A DNA stretch of 44,481 nt from Marine Group I thaumarchaeote (GCA_044358425.1 CP054849.1:914810-959290); one strand, 5' to 3'. Shown: positions 19,240 to 28,388, counted from the first letter of the stretch. The notes: a model not told the origin generated them from the sequence alone. Numbers and translations are program-made.

Positions 19240-20538
19240 ATGGATAATTCTAACATACACATGATCTATGTTCTTTTAGATGGTGTTGGAGATCTACCAC
19301 ATCCAGATTTAGATGGAAAAACACCTTTAGAAGCAGCAAATACGCCTACTTTAGACAAAATTGCAAGTAATGGAACCATTGGAGAAGTAATTTCAGTGGG
19401 AAAGGGAATTGCCCCAGAATCAGATATTGCTGTTTTCAATATGTTAGGATACAAATTTGATCATGCAGATTATGCTGGAAGAGGCGTCATTGAGGCAATA
19501 GGAGTTGGAATTGATTTTAAAGATGGAGATTTAGCATTAAGAGGAAATTATTCAACATTAGATGAGAACGAAATAATCACAGATAGAAGAGCTGGAAGAC
19601 ACATAGAAAAAGAGGATGCAGACGGCATAGCAAAAGAATTAGAGGAAAAAATTCAATTCTCAATACCAGACACAAAAATTGTTGTTGCACCAACAATAGG
19701 ACACAGAGTAACAGTTAGAATTAGAGCACCATCTAAAAAATTATCATCAAGAATTACAAACACTGATCCAGCATACAGCAACATTGGCGGAATGGGAGTA
19801 GCAAAAGCAGTAGGTGACTTTTTGAAAGTCGAAAAATGTTTGCCATTAGAGGACATAGAAGATGCAAAAATCACATCTAACTTAGTAAATGAATTTTCAG
19901 AACAATCAATTAAAATTATGAAAGATAGCGACATCAATAAAAAACGAAAGGAACAAAACAAAAAACAATTAAGTTGTATTCTGCTTCGCGATGCAGGTAA
20001 CAAATATCCAGATGTTCCACCAATTAATGAAAAACATGAAATGAAATTTTCATGTATAGTAGACATGCCAGTTGAATTAGGAATTTCAGAAGTTCTAAAA
20101 ATGAAGGCATTTGAAGCAGGAGGTCTAACAGATTATGAGGAAAAAGCAAAAGTTGCTGCAAAAGCAATGGAAACACATAACGCAATCTATGTTCACCTCA
20201 AAGGACCTGATGAATTTGGTCACGATGGAGATGCAATTGGCAAAATGAAAAATATAGAAGAAATTGATCAAAGATTTTTCAAAACACTAGTAGAAAATAT
20301 AGATTCAAGTAATGTCGCAATAATTATTTCGGCAGATCATTCAACTCCATGCATCAACAAAGGACATAGCGATGATCCAGTACCAGTAGTTGTATCAGCA
20401 GATTTTATCAAAAATGATGGTACAACAAGAATGACTGAAGAACAAGCAAAAAAAGGAAGTATTGGATTATTACAAGGTGCAGAGGTTGTTACAAAATCAC
20501 TAGAACTAATTAGATCTCAAATAAAACCAAATCATTAA
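19240..20538 (+). CDS. apgM: 2,3-BPG-independent phosphoglycerate mutase, archaeal type
   Basis: LDGVGD, KTPLEAA, PESD, KGPDEFGHDG, ADHSTP; ATG 19240 preferred. Confidence 0.92.
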   Translation: MDNSNIHMIYVLLDGVGDLPHPDLDGKTPLEAANTPTLDKIASNGTIGEVISVGKGIAPESDIAVFNMLGYKFDHADYAGRGVIEAIGVGIDFKDGDLALRGNYSTLDENEIITDRRAGRHIEKEDADGIAKELEEKIQFSIPDTKIVVAPTIGHRVTVRIRAPSKKLSSRITNTDPAYSNIGGMGVAKAVGDFLKVEKCLPLEDIEDAKITSNLVNEFSEQSIKIMKDSDINKKRKEQNKKQLSCILLRDAGNKYPDVPPINEKHEMKFSCIVDMPVELGISEVLKMKAFEAGGLTDYEEKAKVAAKAMETHNAIYVHLKGPDEFGHDGDAIGKMKNIEEIDQRFFKTLVENIDSSNVAIIISADHSTPCINKGHSDDPVPVVVSADFIKNDGTTRMTEEQAKKGSIGLLQGAEVVTKSLELIRSQIKPNH

Positions 20539-21070
20539 TTTTCTGCATTTCAATAGATTTTGACCTTATTCTTTCAACATCTATGGAATGATACATTGAA
20601 GGAGAAGTTCCTAATTTTTCTAAAGCTCTTGTCAGCATAGCAACTCCAATACTCAATTCATTTTCTTGGGCATGAGCATATGCAACTGCTACAAGAATAA
20701 TTCCCTGAACTAATTCTTTTTCACGGCCAAAACATTGTTTCCAAACACCTTCAAATGCCTCATGACATTCCCAAAATCTTTCACTGTTAAAATAAAATAT
20801 TCCATCTTTAATTCCTTGATCTATTTCAATTTCTTCCTCAACAACATGTCTAATATTATCTAAATCTCCAATTGGGGATAATTTATCAACTAATTCATCC
20901 ACATCTTTTGTTTCAATAGCTACATCAAATTCAATAAACGTAGTAGCAATTCTGCAAAGTCGAATATGAGCATCTGTTCCAACAATCAGATCCCTTGCCC
21001 GATAAAGAATTTCACGAGAATTTACAGGAATAAATTTCTCATTTTTTAAATGAATCAAATATCGCTCCAT
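20510..21070 (-). CDS. DUF309-domain protein
   Basis: FNSERFWECHEAFEGVW...QGII motif. Confidence 0.8.
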   Translation of the reverse strand: MERYLIHLKNEKFIPVNSREILYRARDLIVGTDAHIRLCRIATTFIEFDVAIETKDVDELVDKLSPIGDLDNIRHVVEEEIEIDQGIKDGIFYFNSERFWECHEAFEGVWKQCFGREKELVQGIILVAVAYAHAQENELSIGVAMLTRALEKLGTSPSMYHSIDVERIRSKSIEMQKINDLVLFEI

Positions 21071-21152
21071 ATCAGTGATTCATTCCATTTTCTTAAATTT
21101 CTTATGTAAGTTCAACTAGGTTTATATGAAATATCCAAAGGATTTTTGATAC

Positions 21153-21539
21153 ATGTCAACTATTGAGACACTTTCAGATGTGAATAATACCTTCTTATCT
21201 AGAAGAGAATTAACTTGTGATTTTCCAGGTTCAAGTGGAAAATTGAAGAGTATGGAAGCAGTAGACATGGTTACAAAAGAATTCAAACTAGATGGCAAAG
21301 TAGTGATACCAATGAGATTAAAAACTCATGTAGGAATGTCAAAAGTTACTGGAACATTCTATGTTTATGAAGATGAAGGTTTAGCAAAAAAACACATCAA
21401 TCCAACAATCTTTTCAAGATTAGAAAAAACTAAAGCAAAAATAGCTGAAGCAGAAAAAGCAGCTGAGGATGCAGCAGCAGAAGCACCAGCTGAGGATGCA
21501 GCAGCAGAAGCACCAGCTGAAGAGGAGAAAACAGAATAA
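21153..21539 (+). CDS. rps24e: Ribosomal protein S24e with acidic Ala-rich tail
   Basis: NTFLSRRE motif; conserved adjacency to S27ae. Confidence 0.9.
   Translation: MSTIETLSDVNNTFLSRRELTCDFPGSSGKLKSMEAVDMVTKEFKLDGKVVIPMRLKTHVGMSKVTGTFYVYEDEGLAKKHINPTIFSRLEKTKAKIAEAEKAAEDAAAEAPAEDAAAEAPAEEEKTE
21460..21520 (+). repeat. 27-bp in-frame tandem repeat (two full copies plus 7 nt) encoding AEDAAAEAP
   Basis: cagctgaggatgcagcagcagaagcac at 21460-21486 and 21487-21513. Confidence 0.9.
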
Positions 21540-21724
21540 TGCCTGTAGAGAAAAAAGGTAACAAAGGTTCCAGTCCAAAAGTTTACGGATATTTCAAAAT
21601 TGATGGAGACAAAGCAACAAGAACTAAAAAAAATTGTTCAAGATGCGGAAAAGGAGTATACATGTCTGAACACAAAGACAGAAACACCTGTGGAAAATGT
21701 GGCTTAACAGAATTTAAACAATAG
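21539..21724 (+). CDS. rps27ae: Ribosomal protein S27ae
   Basis: CSRCGKGVYMSEHKDRNTCGKCG. Confidence 0.96.
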   Translation: MPVEKKGNKGSSPKVYGYFKIDGDKATRTKKNCSRCGKGVYMSEHKDRNTCGKCGLTEFKQ

Positions 21725-21749
21725 AAATAATTTTTTAAAATAAATTATA

Positions 21750-22457
21750 TCAGTACAATCTTTTTTTATGAATTTTTGAACTTTTTTCTTCTAGCTCAGT
21801 AATTTTTATGACAAATTTAGGGTCAAGCTTAATGTTTGATAAAGATTCAGCAGATAATTTCACATTATTAGCATCCAAGGAAACATTAGATTTTGGTAAA
21901 TTTCTGTCAGACCAAAATTTTATTACTTTGTCTTCAAGTTTGTAATCACGAAAACCTGAAGGAAATTTTTTAGTAATATGATTTAGTAAAGTCTTATCAT
22001 TAAAAACAGCTCGGGGTTCAAACAAACGAGTCTCATCACTATACACATTTTCAAATAAATTACCAGATAATTCATCAGAAATTAATTCCATTTTGGAGAT
22101 TTTTCTAATTAATTCTAAAAAATGTAAAAACTCATGAGCCAAAATTGCATGTATCGTACCCTTTAACCCATAAGCAATCAAAGGGGCAGAAATTTGAATA
22201 ACCACCTGAAATTTTTCTTCAAACATTACAGGAATTGTTCTAGCAAATAAAATTCCATATTCATATGAATTTGAATCAGATGCAGAAAGTACTAGAGAGG
22301 GTTCCACATATGCCACAGGATATTGAATTCCAGATGCTTTTTCAATTCGATTAATTCCAGCAACAGTTATTGGAAAACGTTTCAAAGTCAAGTCATATAC
22401 GTCCTGAGGGATAAGACCCTTGGAATATGCATCTCTAAAACGTACTAAAGGATCCAA
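21750..22457 (-). CDS. Hypothetical protein with HExxH zincin motif
   Basis: AILAHEFLHFLE. Confidence 0.75.
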   Translation of the reverse strand: MDPLVRFRDAYSKGLIPQDVYDLTLKRFPITVAGINRIEKASGIQYPVAYVEPSLVLSASDSNSYEYGILFARTIPVMFEEKFQVVIQISAPLIAYGLKGTIHAILAHEFLHFLELIRKISKMELISDELSGNLFENVYSDETRLFEPRAVFNDKTLLNHITKKFPSGFRDYKLEDKVIKFWSDRNLPKSNVSLDANNVKLSAESLSNIKLDPKFVIKITELEEKSSKIHKKRLY

Positions 22458-22498
22458 CGTTAATTATTAAAAATTTTAATGTAAAAATGTTGATTTTC

Positions 22499-22597
22499 TT
22501 ATGATCTAGGTTTTCCACACTTTGCTTTTTTTACTCGACGAGTATTTGCTCTTTGATCAGCATGTCTTTGATGTTTACCTTTTTTTCTCATTGGCAT
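22499..22597 (-). CDS. 32-aa highly basic micropeptide
   Basis: MPMRKKGKHQRHADQRANTRRVKKAKCGKPRS*; starts 25 nt after the pus10 stop on the same strand; higher GC than the flanks. Confidence 0.68.
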   Translation of the reverse strand: MPMRKKGKHQRHADQRANTRRVKKAKCGKPRS

Positions 22598-22622
22598 GAT
22601 TAATCACAATATTTACTGCTAG

Positions 22623-23777
22623 TTAATTGTTATCATTGATAATAATCTCTAAGAAATCAAATTCATCAGCAATACAATTAGTTCCAATAGTGTCAGAAAC
22701 ACTAGGAGTAACATCAGTTCCAATCACAAATCGTTTAATTGGCAACCCACCTTCAACCCTTATTTTTACCAAAATAATTTGATCAGAAGTTTTTTTGTAA
22801 TTTATATCAAAAATTTTTTTTTCATAAGATCTTCCAGATTTTTCAGAAACAATTACGGGGTAATTTTTAAGATTTTTTAATTTTTTCAAACATTTAGAAT
22901 CAAATTTAGAATCAGTTGAAATTTTTATTGTAACCAAAGAGGAAAATTTCAATGGAGTTTTAGGAGAATCACCAACTATCTTCAGATTAAAAATAGAAAT
23001 AAAATCAGAAATACAATCAGAGAGTTTTGTGTTTCTTTTTAATGGATTTTGTAGTTTTACAATAAAAGGTCTACCAGAGCCCAACACCAAGCTAGATTTA
23101 TCCTCACCACCTATCCAAGTAAATTTTGTAGTTGTTCCACCAAATTTTTCAAAAATTAATTTTGAGATAACACCTTCAACACTATTAAATTCAGAAATTC
23201 CATGAAAGTTGCAAGTTCTACATCCTTTACCTGAACAATTCTCACAAGATTTTTGTTTTTGAGAATACCCTCGTTTAGATTTAGTATATCGACCAGAAAT
23301 AATAATCGGTTTTGAACGTAAATTACAAGAATGTTCTTTAAGATTTACAGTAAAAATAATTTCAGGATCATCATAATTTAGAATTTTTTTTGTCTTTTTT
23401 GAAAAAAGTTTTCCTAATTCTTTTGTAATATTAGATTTGATACCATCAATCCCCCTTAACTTAAATTCAGATTTTAAGGCATCATCTCTATCAACAATGG
23501 AAGGTTTGATTATTGTTCCAATACTAAAAGTCCTAAATTCATAATCAAATGAAGAGTCAAGCATTAATTTTGAAAAATGATCTAAATTGTCAAAGAGATT
23601 TTTACAAATGTAACATGAGTGCTTTGATTCATATCCATTCTTTAATTTTTTTCCAAGTAGTTTATTTGAAGATAAGTGAAGATGTTTTGTAAATAATCTA
23701 CCCAAACAATAATCACACAAGGGGTATTTTTTAATAATTTTATTGGAAGTGGAAAGAACAGTAGAATAATTAGACAT
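22623..23777 (-). CDS. pus10: Pus10-family tRNA pseudouridine synthase, divergent catalytic motifs
   Basis: LCDYCLGR, CYIC, GRYTK..R..SQ, CENCSGKGCRTC, GGED...LGSGRPF, GGLPIK. Confidence 0.85.
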   Translation of the reverse strand: MSNYSTVLSTSNKIIKKYPLCDYCLGRLFTKHLHLSSNKLLGKKLKNGYESKHSCYICKNLFDNLDHFSKLMLDSSFDYEFRTFSIGTIIKPSIVDRDDALKSEFKLRGIDGIKSNITKELGKLFSKKTKKILNYDDPEIIFTVNLKEHSCNLRSKPIIISGRYTKSKRGYSQKQKSCENCSGKGCRTCNFHGISEFNSVEGVISKLIFEKFGGTTTKFTWIGGEDKSSLVLGSGRPFIVKLQNPLKRNTKLSDCISDFISIFNLKIVGDSPKTPLKFSSLVTIKISTDSKFDSKCLKKLKNLKNYPVIVSEKSGRSYEKKIFDINYKKTSDQIILVKIRVEGGLPIKRFVIGTDVTPSVSDTIGTNCIADEFDFLEIIINDNN

Positions 23778-23799
23778 TTTTGATTTGAGATTAATTCAG

Positions 23800-25125
23800 T
23801 TATCCCAAACCCATTTTTCTAAGGGTACCTTGCATTTGACGACCTTTAGAAGCTTTCATCAAATTCTTAGAATTTTTATAATTTTTCATTAATTCTTTTA
23901 CTTCACCTTCAGGCCATCCAGAACCTCTAGCAATTCTTTTGATTCTTGATGAATTAAGTAAATCAGGATCTGCTTTTTCATCTTTATTCATACTTTGAAT
24001 AATGTATCTCCATTTGGATACTCTATCTTCCATTTGATCAACTTGATCCTCTTTAACCATACCAGACATTCCAGGCATACTGTCAAGGAGTCCTTTAAGA
24101 GAACCAACTTTTGTAACCTCCTCCAATTGATAAAAGAAATCATCCATGTTCATTTTTCCACTAGATATACGCTTCATCCTAACATCATCACCCTCATTTT
24201 CTAATCTTTTTGCTAAATCTAAGACAGCCTGAATATCGCCCATTCCAAGTAATCTTCCAACAAACCGAGTTGGAGAGAATTTTTCTAAATCATCTATTCT
24301 TTCACCAGTACCAATGTACATAATTTGTGCACCAGTTGCAGCAGATGCTGCTAATGCACCACCTCCTTTTGCAGAACTATCTAATTTTGAAATTATAACA
24401 CCACCAACAGGAATTGTTTTATGAAATGCTTCTGCCTGATTGAAACACTGTTGTCCAATGGTACCATCAATTACAAGTAAAGCTAAATCAGGTTCTGCAA
24501 CTTTGTTTATTCTACCCATTTCTTCAAGTAAATCTTGTTCTTCTTTGTGACGACCAGCAGTATCAATAATAATTACATCAAGGGGTTGACCTGCAAAATG
24601 CTTTAAACCATTTTGAACAATGTTTGGAGAATCTTTATTATTTTCTTCTCCATAAACTTCAACATTTGATTTTTCACACATCATTTTTAATTGAACCAAT
24701 GCTCCCGGTCGATATGTATCAGCACCAACAACACCAACTTTATGACCTTCTCCAGTCAAAAATTTAGCAAGTTTTGATGCAACTGTGGTTTTACCACTTC
24801 CCTGAATTCCTAATAAGATAATTTTATTTTGTTTTCCAGGTTTAAAATCAAAATTAGATTCATTACCCAATAATTTTGATAATTCATCATATAGAATTTT
24901 TACAATATGATCTTTACGGGATAATCCAGGAGGAGGGGTTTCATTTAATGAGCGTTCTTCCAATCGTTTAGTAATTTCAAGTACTAATCGGACATTAACA
25001 TCAGAAGTCAATAAAGCCCGTTGAACGTCCTTACAGAGATCTTTAATTAATTCTTCATCAATGCCTGAAGATTTAACAATTTTTTTAATTGCATCGCCTA
25101 AACTACTTTTTAATCCATCAAGCAT
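23800..25125 (-). CDS. srp54: Signal recognition particle protein SRP54
   Basis: GIQGSGKTT, DTYRPGA, DTAGRH, KLDSSAKGGGA, M-domain SRIKRIARGSG. Confidence 0.97.
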   Translation of the reverse strand: MLDGLKSSLGDAIKKIVKSSGIDEELIKDLCKDVQRALLTSDVNVRLVLEITKRLEERSLNETPPPGLSRKDHIVKILYDELSKLLGNESNFDFKPGKQNKIILLGIQGSGKTTVASKLAKFLTGEGHKVGVVGADTYRPGALVQLKMMCEKSNVEVYGEENNKDSPNIVQNGLKHFAGQPLDVIIIDTAGRHKEEQDLLEEMGRINKVAEPDLALLVIDGTIGQQCFNQAEAFHKTIPVGGVIISKLDSSAKGGGALAASAATGAQIMYIGTGERIDDLEKFSPTRFVGRLLGMGDIQAVLDLAKRLENEGDDVRMKRISSGKMNMDDFFYQLEEVTKVGSLKGLLDSMPGMSGMVKEDQVDQMEDRVSKWRYIIQSMNKDEKADPDLLNSSRIKRIARGSGWPEGEVKELMKNYKNSKNLMKASKGRQMQGTLRKMGLG

Positions 25126-25807
25126 TGTAATTTAACTCCGCATCCACTATTTCAAACCTTCCTCTATAACCATCCCAATTTTTTGTGAATTTATTAATTT
25201 TAATTGAACTAAAAAATAGTGGGCAGTCAGTAACAAAAGTTTCAGCCTCACCACCCTCAAAATTCAGATTAAATCCAAATTTATCAGATAATGTTTCCAA
25301 AGTGTTCACATCAGATTTTGAAATCAATTTGCCTAACCATTGATCGTCTAAACCATCTGATGATACAGTAGTCATCATAAAATGAAAGTCTGATTCAAGT
25401 AAATCATTCATGTATTTTTTAGGTTCACTTTCCCACAATGGGGAAACAAGAATTAAATTTAATTTCTCACATAAAATTTCAAATTTTTCTTTTTGAAATT
25501 TACTTTTTATTCCACCATGAACTAATCCTTCAATTTTAAATTCATCAATTGCATTTTTCAATAGTTTCTCTAAAACAATTAATTCATCATTTGTCTCATC
25601 TGAAGATGAATCAATGATTAGTTGAGGAATTTTCATTGATTCAGATTGTAATTTTGTCCATTTTAAATTCGGATGGTGCAAAAGATGACTTTCATCAGAT
25701 TTTGGAAAAACACTCAACAGACAAGTAACTTCATGACCCTGTTTTTTTACAAGATGAATTGCATAGGTACTATCCTTTCCACCTGAAAAAAGACAAGCTA
25801 ATTTCAT
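25118..25807 (-). CDS. dph6: Diphthine--ammonia ligase (PP-loop ATPase)
   Basis: SGGKDS, PLW, EGGEAET. Confidence 0.88.
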   Translation of the reverse strand: MKLACLFSGGKDSTYAIHLVKKQGHEVTCLLSVFPKSDESHLLHHPNLKWTKLQSESMKIPQLIIDSSSDETNDELIVLEKLLKNAIDEFKIEGLVHGGIKSKFQKEKFEILCEKLNLILVSPLWESEPKKYMNDLLESDFHFMMTTVSSDGLDDQWLGKLISKSDVNTLETLSDKFGFNLNFEGGEAETFVTDCPLFFSSIKINKFTKNWDGYRGRFEIVDAELNYNA

Positions 25808-25854
25808 CAATCAATAAAAATAATCACCTCAATAAAATTCTAAAATATTTTAAA

Positions 25855-25919
25855 AGATGCTTCAATACTCATAATCGTCATCACAAATCAGACGGCTTTT
25901 CCGATAATCATCAGCATCT
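25855..25919 (-). ncRNA. Box C/D 2'-O-methylation guide sRNA
   Basis: Minus strand: C box CTGATGA (25914-25908), D' CTGA (25891-25888), C' GTGATGA (25884-25878), D TTGA (25865-25862), closed by a terminal stem AGATGCT/AGCATCT. Confidence 0.85.
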
Positions 25920-26017
25920 ATGAAAATTTAGTAATCATAGAATTTTAGTGCTGTGATTAAAAAATCAATTAATAATTTTTAAGTAAATAATTTTAAAAAT
26001 ACTAGAAAATATCCACT

Positions 26018-26431
26018 CTAACTATTTTTTATAGCCATAATTTTGGTGTGTTCCATAACAACCCAATATTCAACATTTTGTCCATTTTCTAATTTGCCTG
26101 CAACGGATTCATCAACCATACCAACATCTATGGTTTCAAAAGATTCATTGTCCATAACTTGTACAGTATCGCCATTAATTGAGATGATTTGGCCAACTTT
26201 TTTGTTGATCATTGGAACATGGATTTGCATACTGACAGGTCCAACATGAGGTCTGTTTTTACCATCAAAGATACCTTGGCCAACTATTCGAGCTTTTGCT
26301 GCACCGTGTTTACCAGGTTTTGATGTATCATATTCAATAATTCTACAAGCTTCACCACTAGGCTGATCCGTATGTGGAAGTAAAATGTATGATCCAATTT
26401 TTAATGAACCTAAATCAGAGGGTTTACTCAT
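26018..26431 (-). CDS. eif5a: Translation factor aIF5A
   Basis: SKPGKHGAAK hypusine motif. Confidence 0.97.
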   Translation of the reverse strand: MSKPSDLGSLKIGSYILLPHTDQPSGEACRIIEYDTSKPGKHGAAKARIVGQGIFDGKNRPHVGPVSMQIHVPMINKKVGQIISINGDTVQVMDNESFETIDVGMVDESVAGKLENGQNVEYWVVMEHTKIMAIKNS

Positions 26432-26462
26432 AAAAAACAGTTTTTGCTCGAATATTTAACTT

Positions 26463-27074
26463 CTACTTTAGTTGATCAAGAATAGAAAGACTCAAGAGAT
26501 TAGATAAAGTAAAGCCTTTTCTAGTAACATCTCGTTGTGTTTGATCACAATATTTTTTGACACTTTGATGACTTTTCTCACTAGCAACTTCAATTACAAT
26601 CATATTTTCAGAATAAGGGAAAGTAAATTTTGAAGGTGTGGAACAACTAGTAGTCATATTTCCAATTCCAGCTACTTCAATTTTTTCTCGCTTTAACAGT
26701 AAACCTGCAATTTCAACTAAATCATCCATATCTTCTCCATATTCTAAATAATATATTGAAATGAAATTTGTTTCGCCTAAAACTTCTCTTTCAAAGAGAT
26801 CATCATGGATATTGAAAACAAATGATGTTTTTTCTTGAATATGTTTGGACAATTCTTTTTCTACAATTGAACTATCCTTGAATTTCGCCAACAAATAATG
26901 ATTTGCAGATGTTGAAAAATATGGTTGGCTATCTCTCGAAAAAGTACCAGTTACAAAAAATAATTTTTCAATATTTTTGGAATTTGACCAAGATTCTTTT
27001 AATTCAAGTGAATCTCGATTGTGTAAATATGGTGCACATACATATCCGGGATAAGATAATTTTAATTCAGACAC
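26463..27074 (-). CDS. Hypothetical protein
   Basis: 203-aa ORF with GTG start filling the space upstream of eIF5A; no motif recognised. Confidence 0.7.
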   Translation of the reverse strand: MSELKLSYPGYVCAPYLHNRDSLELKESWSNSKNIEKLFFVTGTFSRDSQPYFSTSANHYLLAKFKDSSIVEKELSKHIQEKTSFVFNIHDDLFEREVLGETNFISIYYLEYGEDMDDLVEIAGLLLKREKIEVAGIGNMTTSCSTPSKFTFPYSENMIVIEVASEKSHQSVKKYCDQTQRDVTRKGFTLSNLLSLSILDQLK

Positions 27075-27167
27075 AATAATGTGAATTTTTAAGAGTATTT
27101 ATCCATATATCAGAGTAAATAAAAAAGCACGATGGTTTTTTAATAACTCAATATACATAATTTTTGT

Positions 27168-27294
27168 CCCGTGGTAGCTCAGCCTGGTAGAGCTTCCGGC
27201 TGTAGTTGTTGGCTTAAGATGGCTGACCGAAAAACAGCATATCAGGCATACAGAAACCGGGTTGTCGCATGTTCAATTCATGCCCGCGGGACCA
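27168..27294 (+). tRNA. tRNA-Tyr(GTA) with a 50-nt intron at 37/38 (27206-27255); CCA encoded
   Basis: Acceptor CCCGTGG/CCGCGGG (C1-G72, A73), anticodon GTA at 27202-27204, T arm GCATG TTCAATT CATGC, BHB helix CTGT/ACAG. Confidence 0.95.
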
Positions 27295-27333
27295 CAAAAT
27301 TTCAAAAAATTGATACGACGATTAAACAAATCA

Positions 27334-28374
27334 TTATGGAGAAGCAATAACTTTTGACATTACAAGATCACTGGGAATGTTATTTTCTACAGCATACGAG
27401 ATAGAAGATAAATTTCTAATTTCATAGTCGTATAATCTCACAACAGAAACTACAGTGGATAATTTGAACATATTTGCAAATTCTTTTAGCAATGAATCAT
27501 ACAAAAACAGATCAAATTTTTGTTCAAATTCATTTATCATCACAATGTCATCTGCCTCAGAAGGAATTATTTCAGAAAATTTTGTCTTGGATAATTCCAT
27601 AAAACTGCTTTTAAGATTTTCAGCAGAAATCATCTTAGACAATAATTCATCACTAGTACTGGAAGTATGAGAAACCAATAGATCACTAATTGATTGTTCA
27701 TCTAAATTCCAAAATTTTCCACGTACAATGTTTGTGATGTTATACAAATCTAATTCAGTACCAAATAATTTTAATAAATTTAGATCAGCCTTACTTTTAA
27801 TACTATCAGCTAGATTTTGGTATAAAATTTTATCAAGATACGTATCAATTACACCAATTTCGCCTAAATCATTGTAAAGCATAATTGCTTTTTCAACATC
27901 ATTTCCAAAATTGTATGATTTAAAATTACTAATTACTTCTTCAATATTTTTTGAAGGTAAAGCTTTGAGTGTCACATCTCTTCGTTGAATTAATTCCTCT
28001 GCCCTTAATCCGATAGTAGACTCTATTTGAGATTGAGTCTTTCCCAGAATTTTTCCCTTAAGAATATTTTTTAAATTTTTAAAAATAAATTTGTAATAAT
28101 ATGCCATAAGTAAATTTGAACCACCGACAGAATTCATCATCATATAATACAGTTCAGCTTGTTTTCCCCTAAAACTAATTTCAATTTTATTTGATGTGTA
28201 TGGTTTTGGAATTTTTCGAATATAATCAGAGTACAAAGTACTGTTTAATCGACTAGCAAATTGATCAAGATTTCTAGATTCTGCCAATGTTTGAAATGTT
28301 TTTTTAGAAAGTAGTTTGCCCTTTAGACTATATGCCTTTACAGTTGCGTATGTCACTAAGGACCCTACGACCAA
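27334..28374 (-). CDS. atpC: A/V-type ATP synthase subunit C (V0 d homolog), solitary
   Basis: YATVKAYSLKGKLL, FKNLKNILKGK, ELDLYNITNIVRGKFW, YEIRNLSSI. Confidence 0.85.
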   Translation of the reverse strand: MVVGSLVTYATVKAYSLKGKLLSKKTFQTLAESRNLDQFASRLNSTLYSDYIRKIPKPYTSNKIEISFRGKQAELYYMMMNSVGGSNLLMAYYYKFIFKNLKNILKGKILGKTQSQIESTIGLRAEELIQRRDVTLKALPSKNIEEVISNFKSYNFGNDVEKAIMLYNDLGEIGVIDTYLDKILYQNLADSIKSKADLNLLKLFGTELDLYNITNIVRGKFWNLDEQSISDLLVSHTSSTSDELLSKMISAENLKSSFMELSKTKFSEIIPSEADDIVMINEFEQKFDLFLYDSLLKEFANMFKLSTVVSVVRLYDYEIRNLSSISYAVENNIPSDLVMSKVIASP

Positions 28375-28376
28375 TG

Positions 28377-28388
28377 ATCACTAGTGAT
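28377..28388. promoter_or_regulatory. Perfect 12-bp palindrome between the atpC TATA and start codon
   Basis: ATCACTAGTGAT; minus-strand TTAAAT at 28402-28397. Confidence 0.4.
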
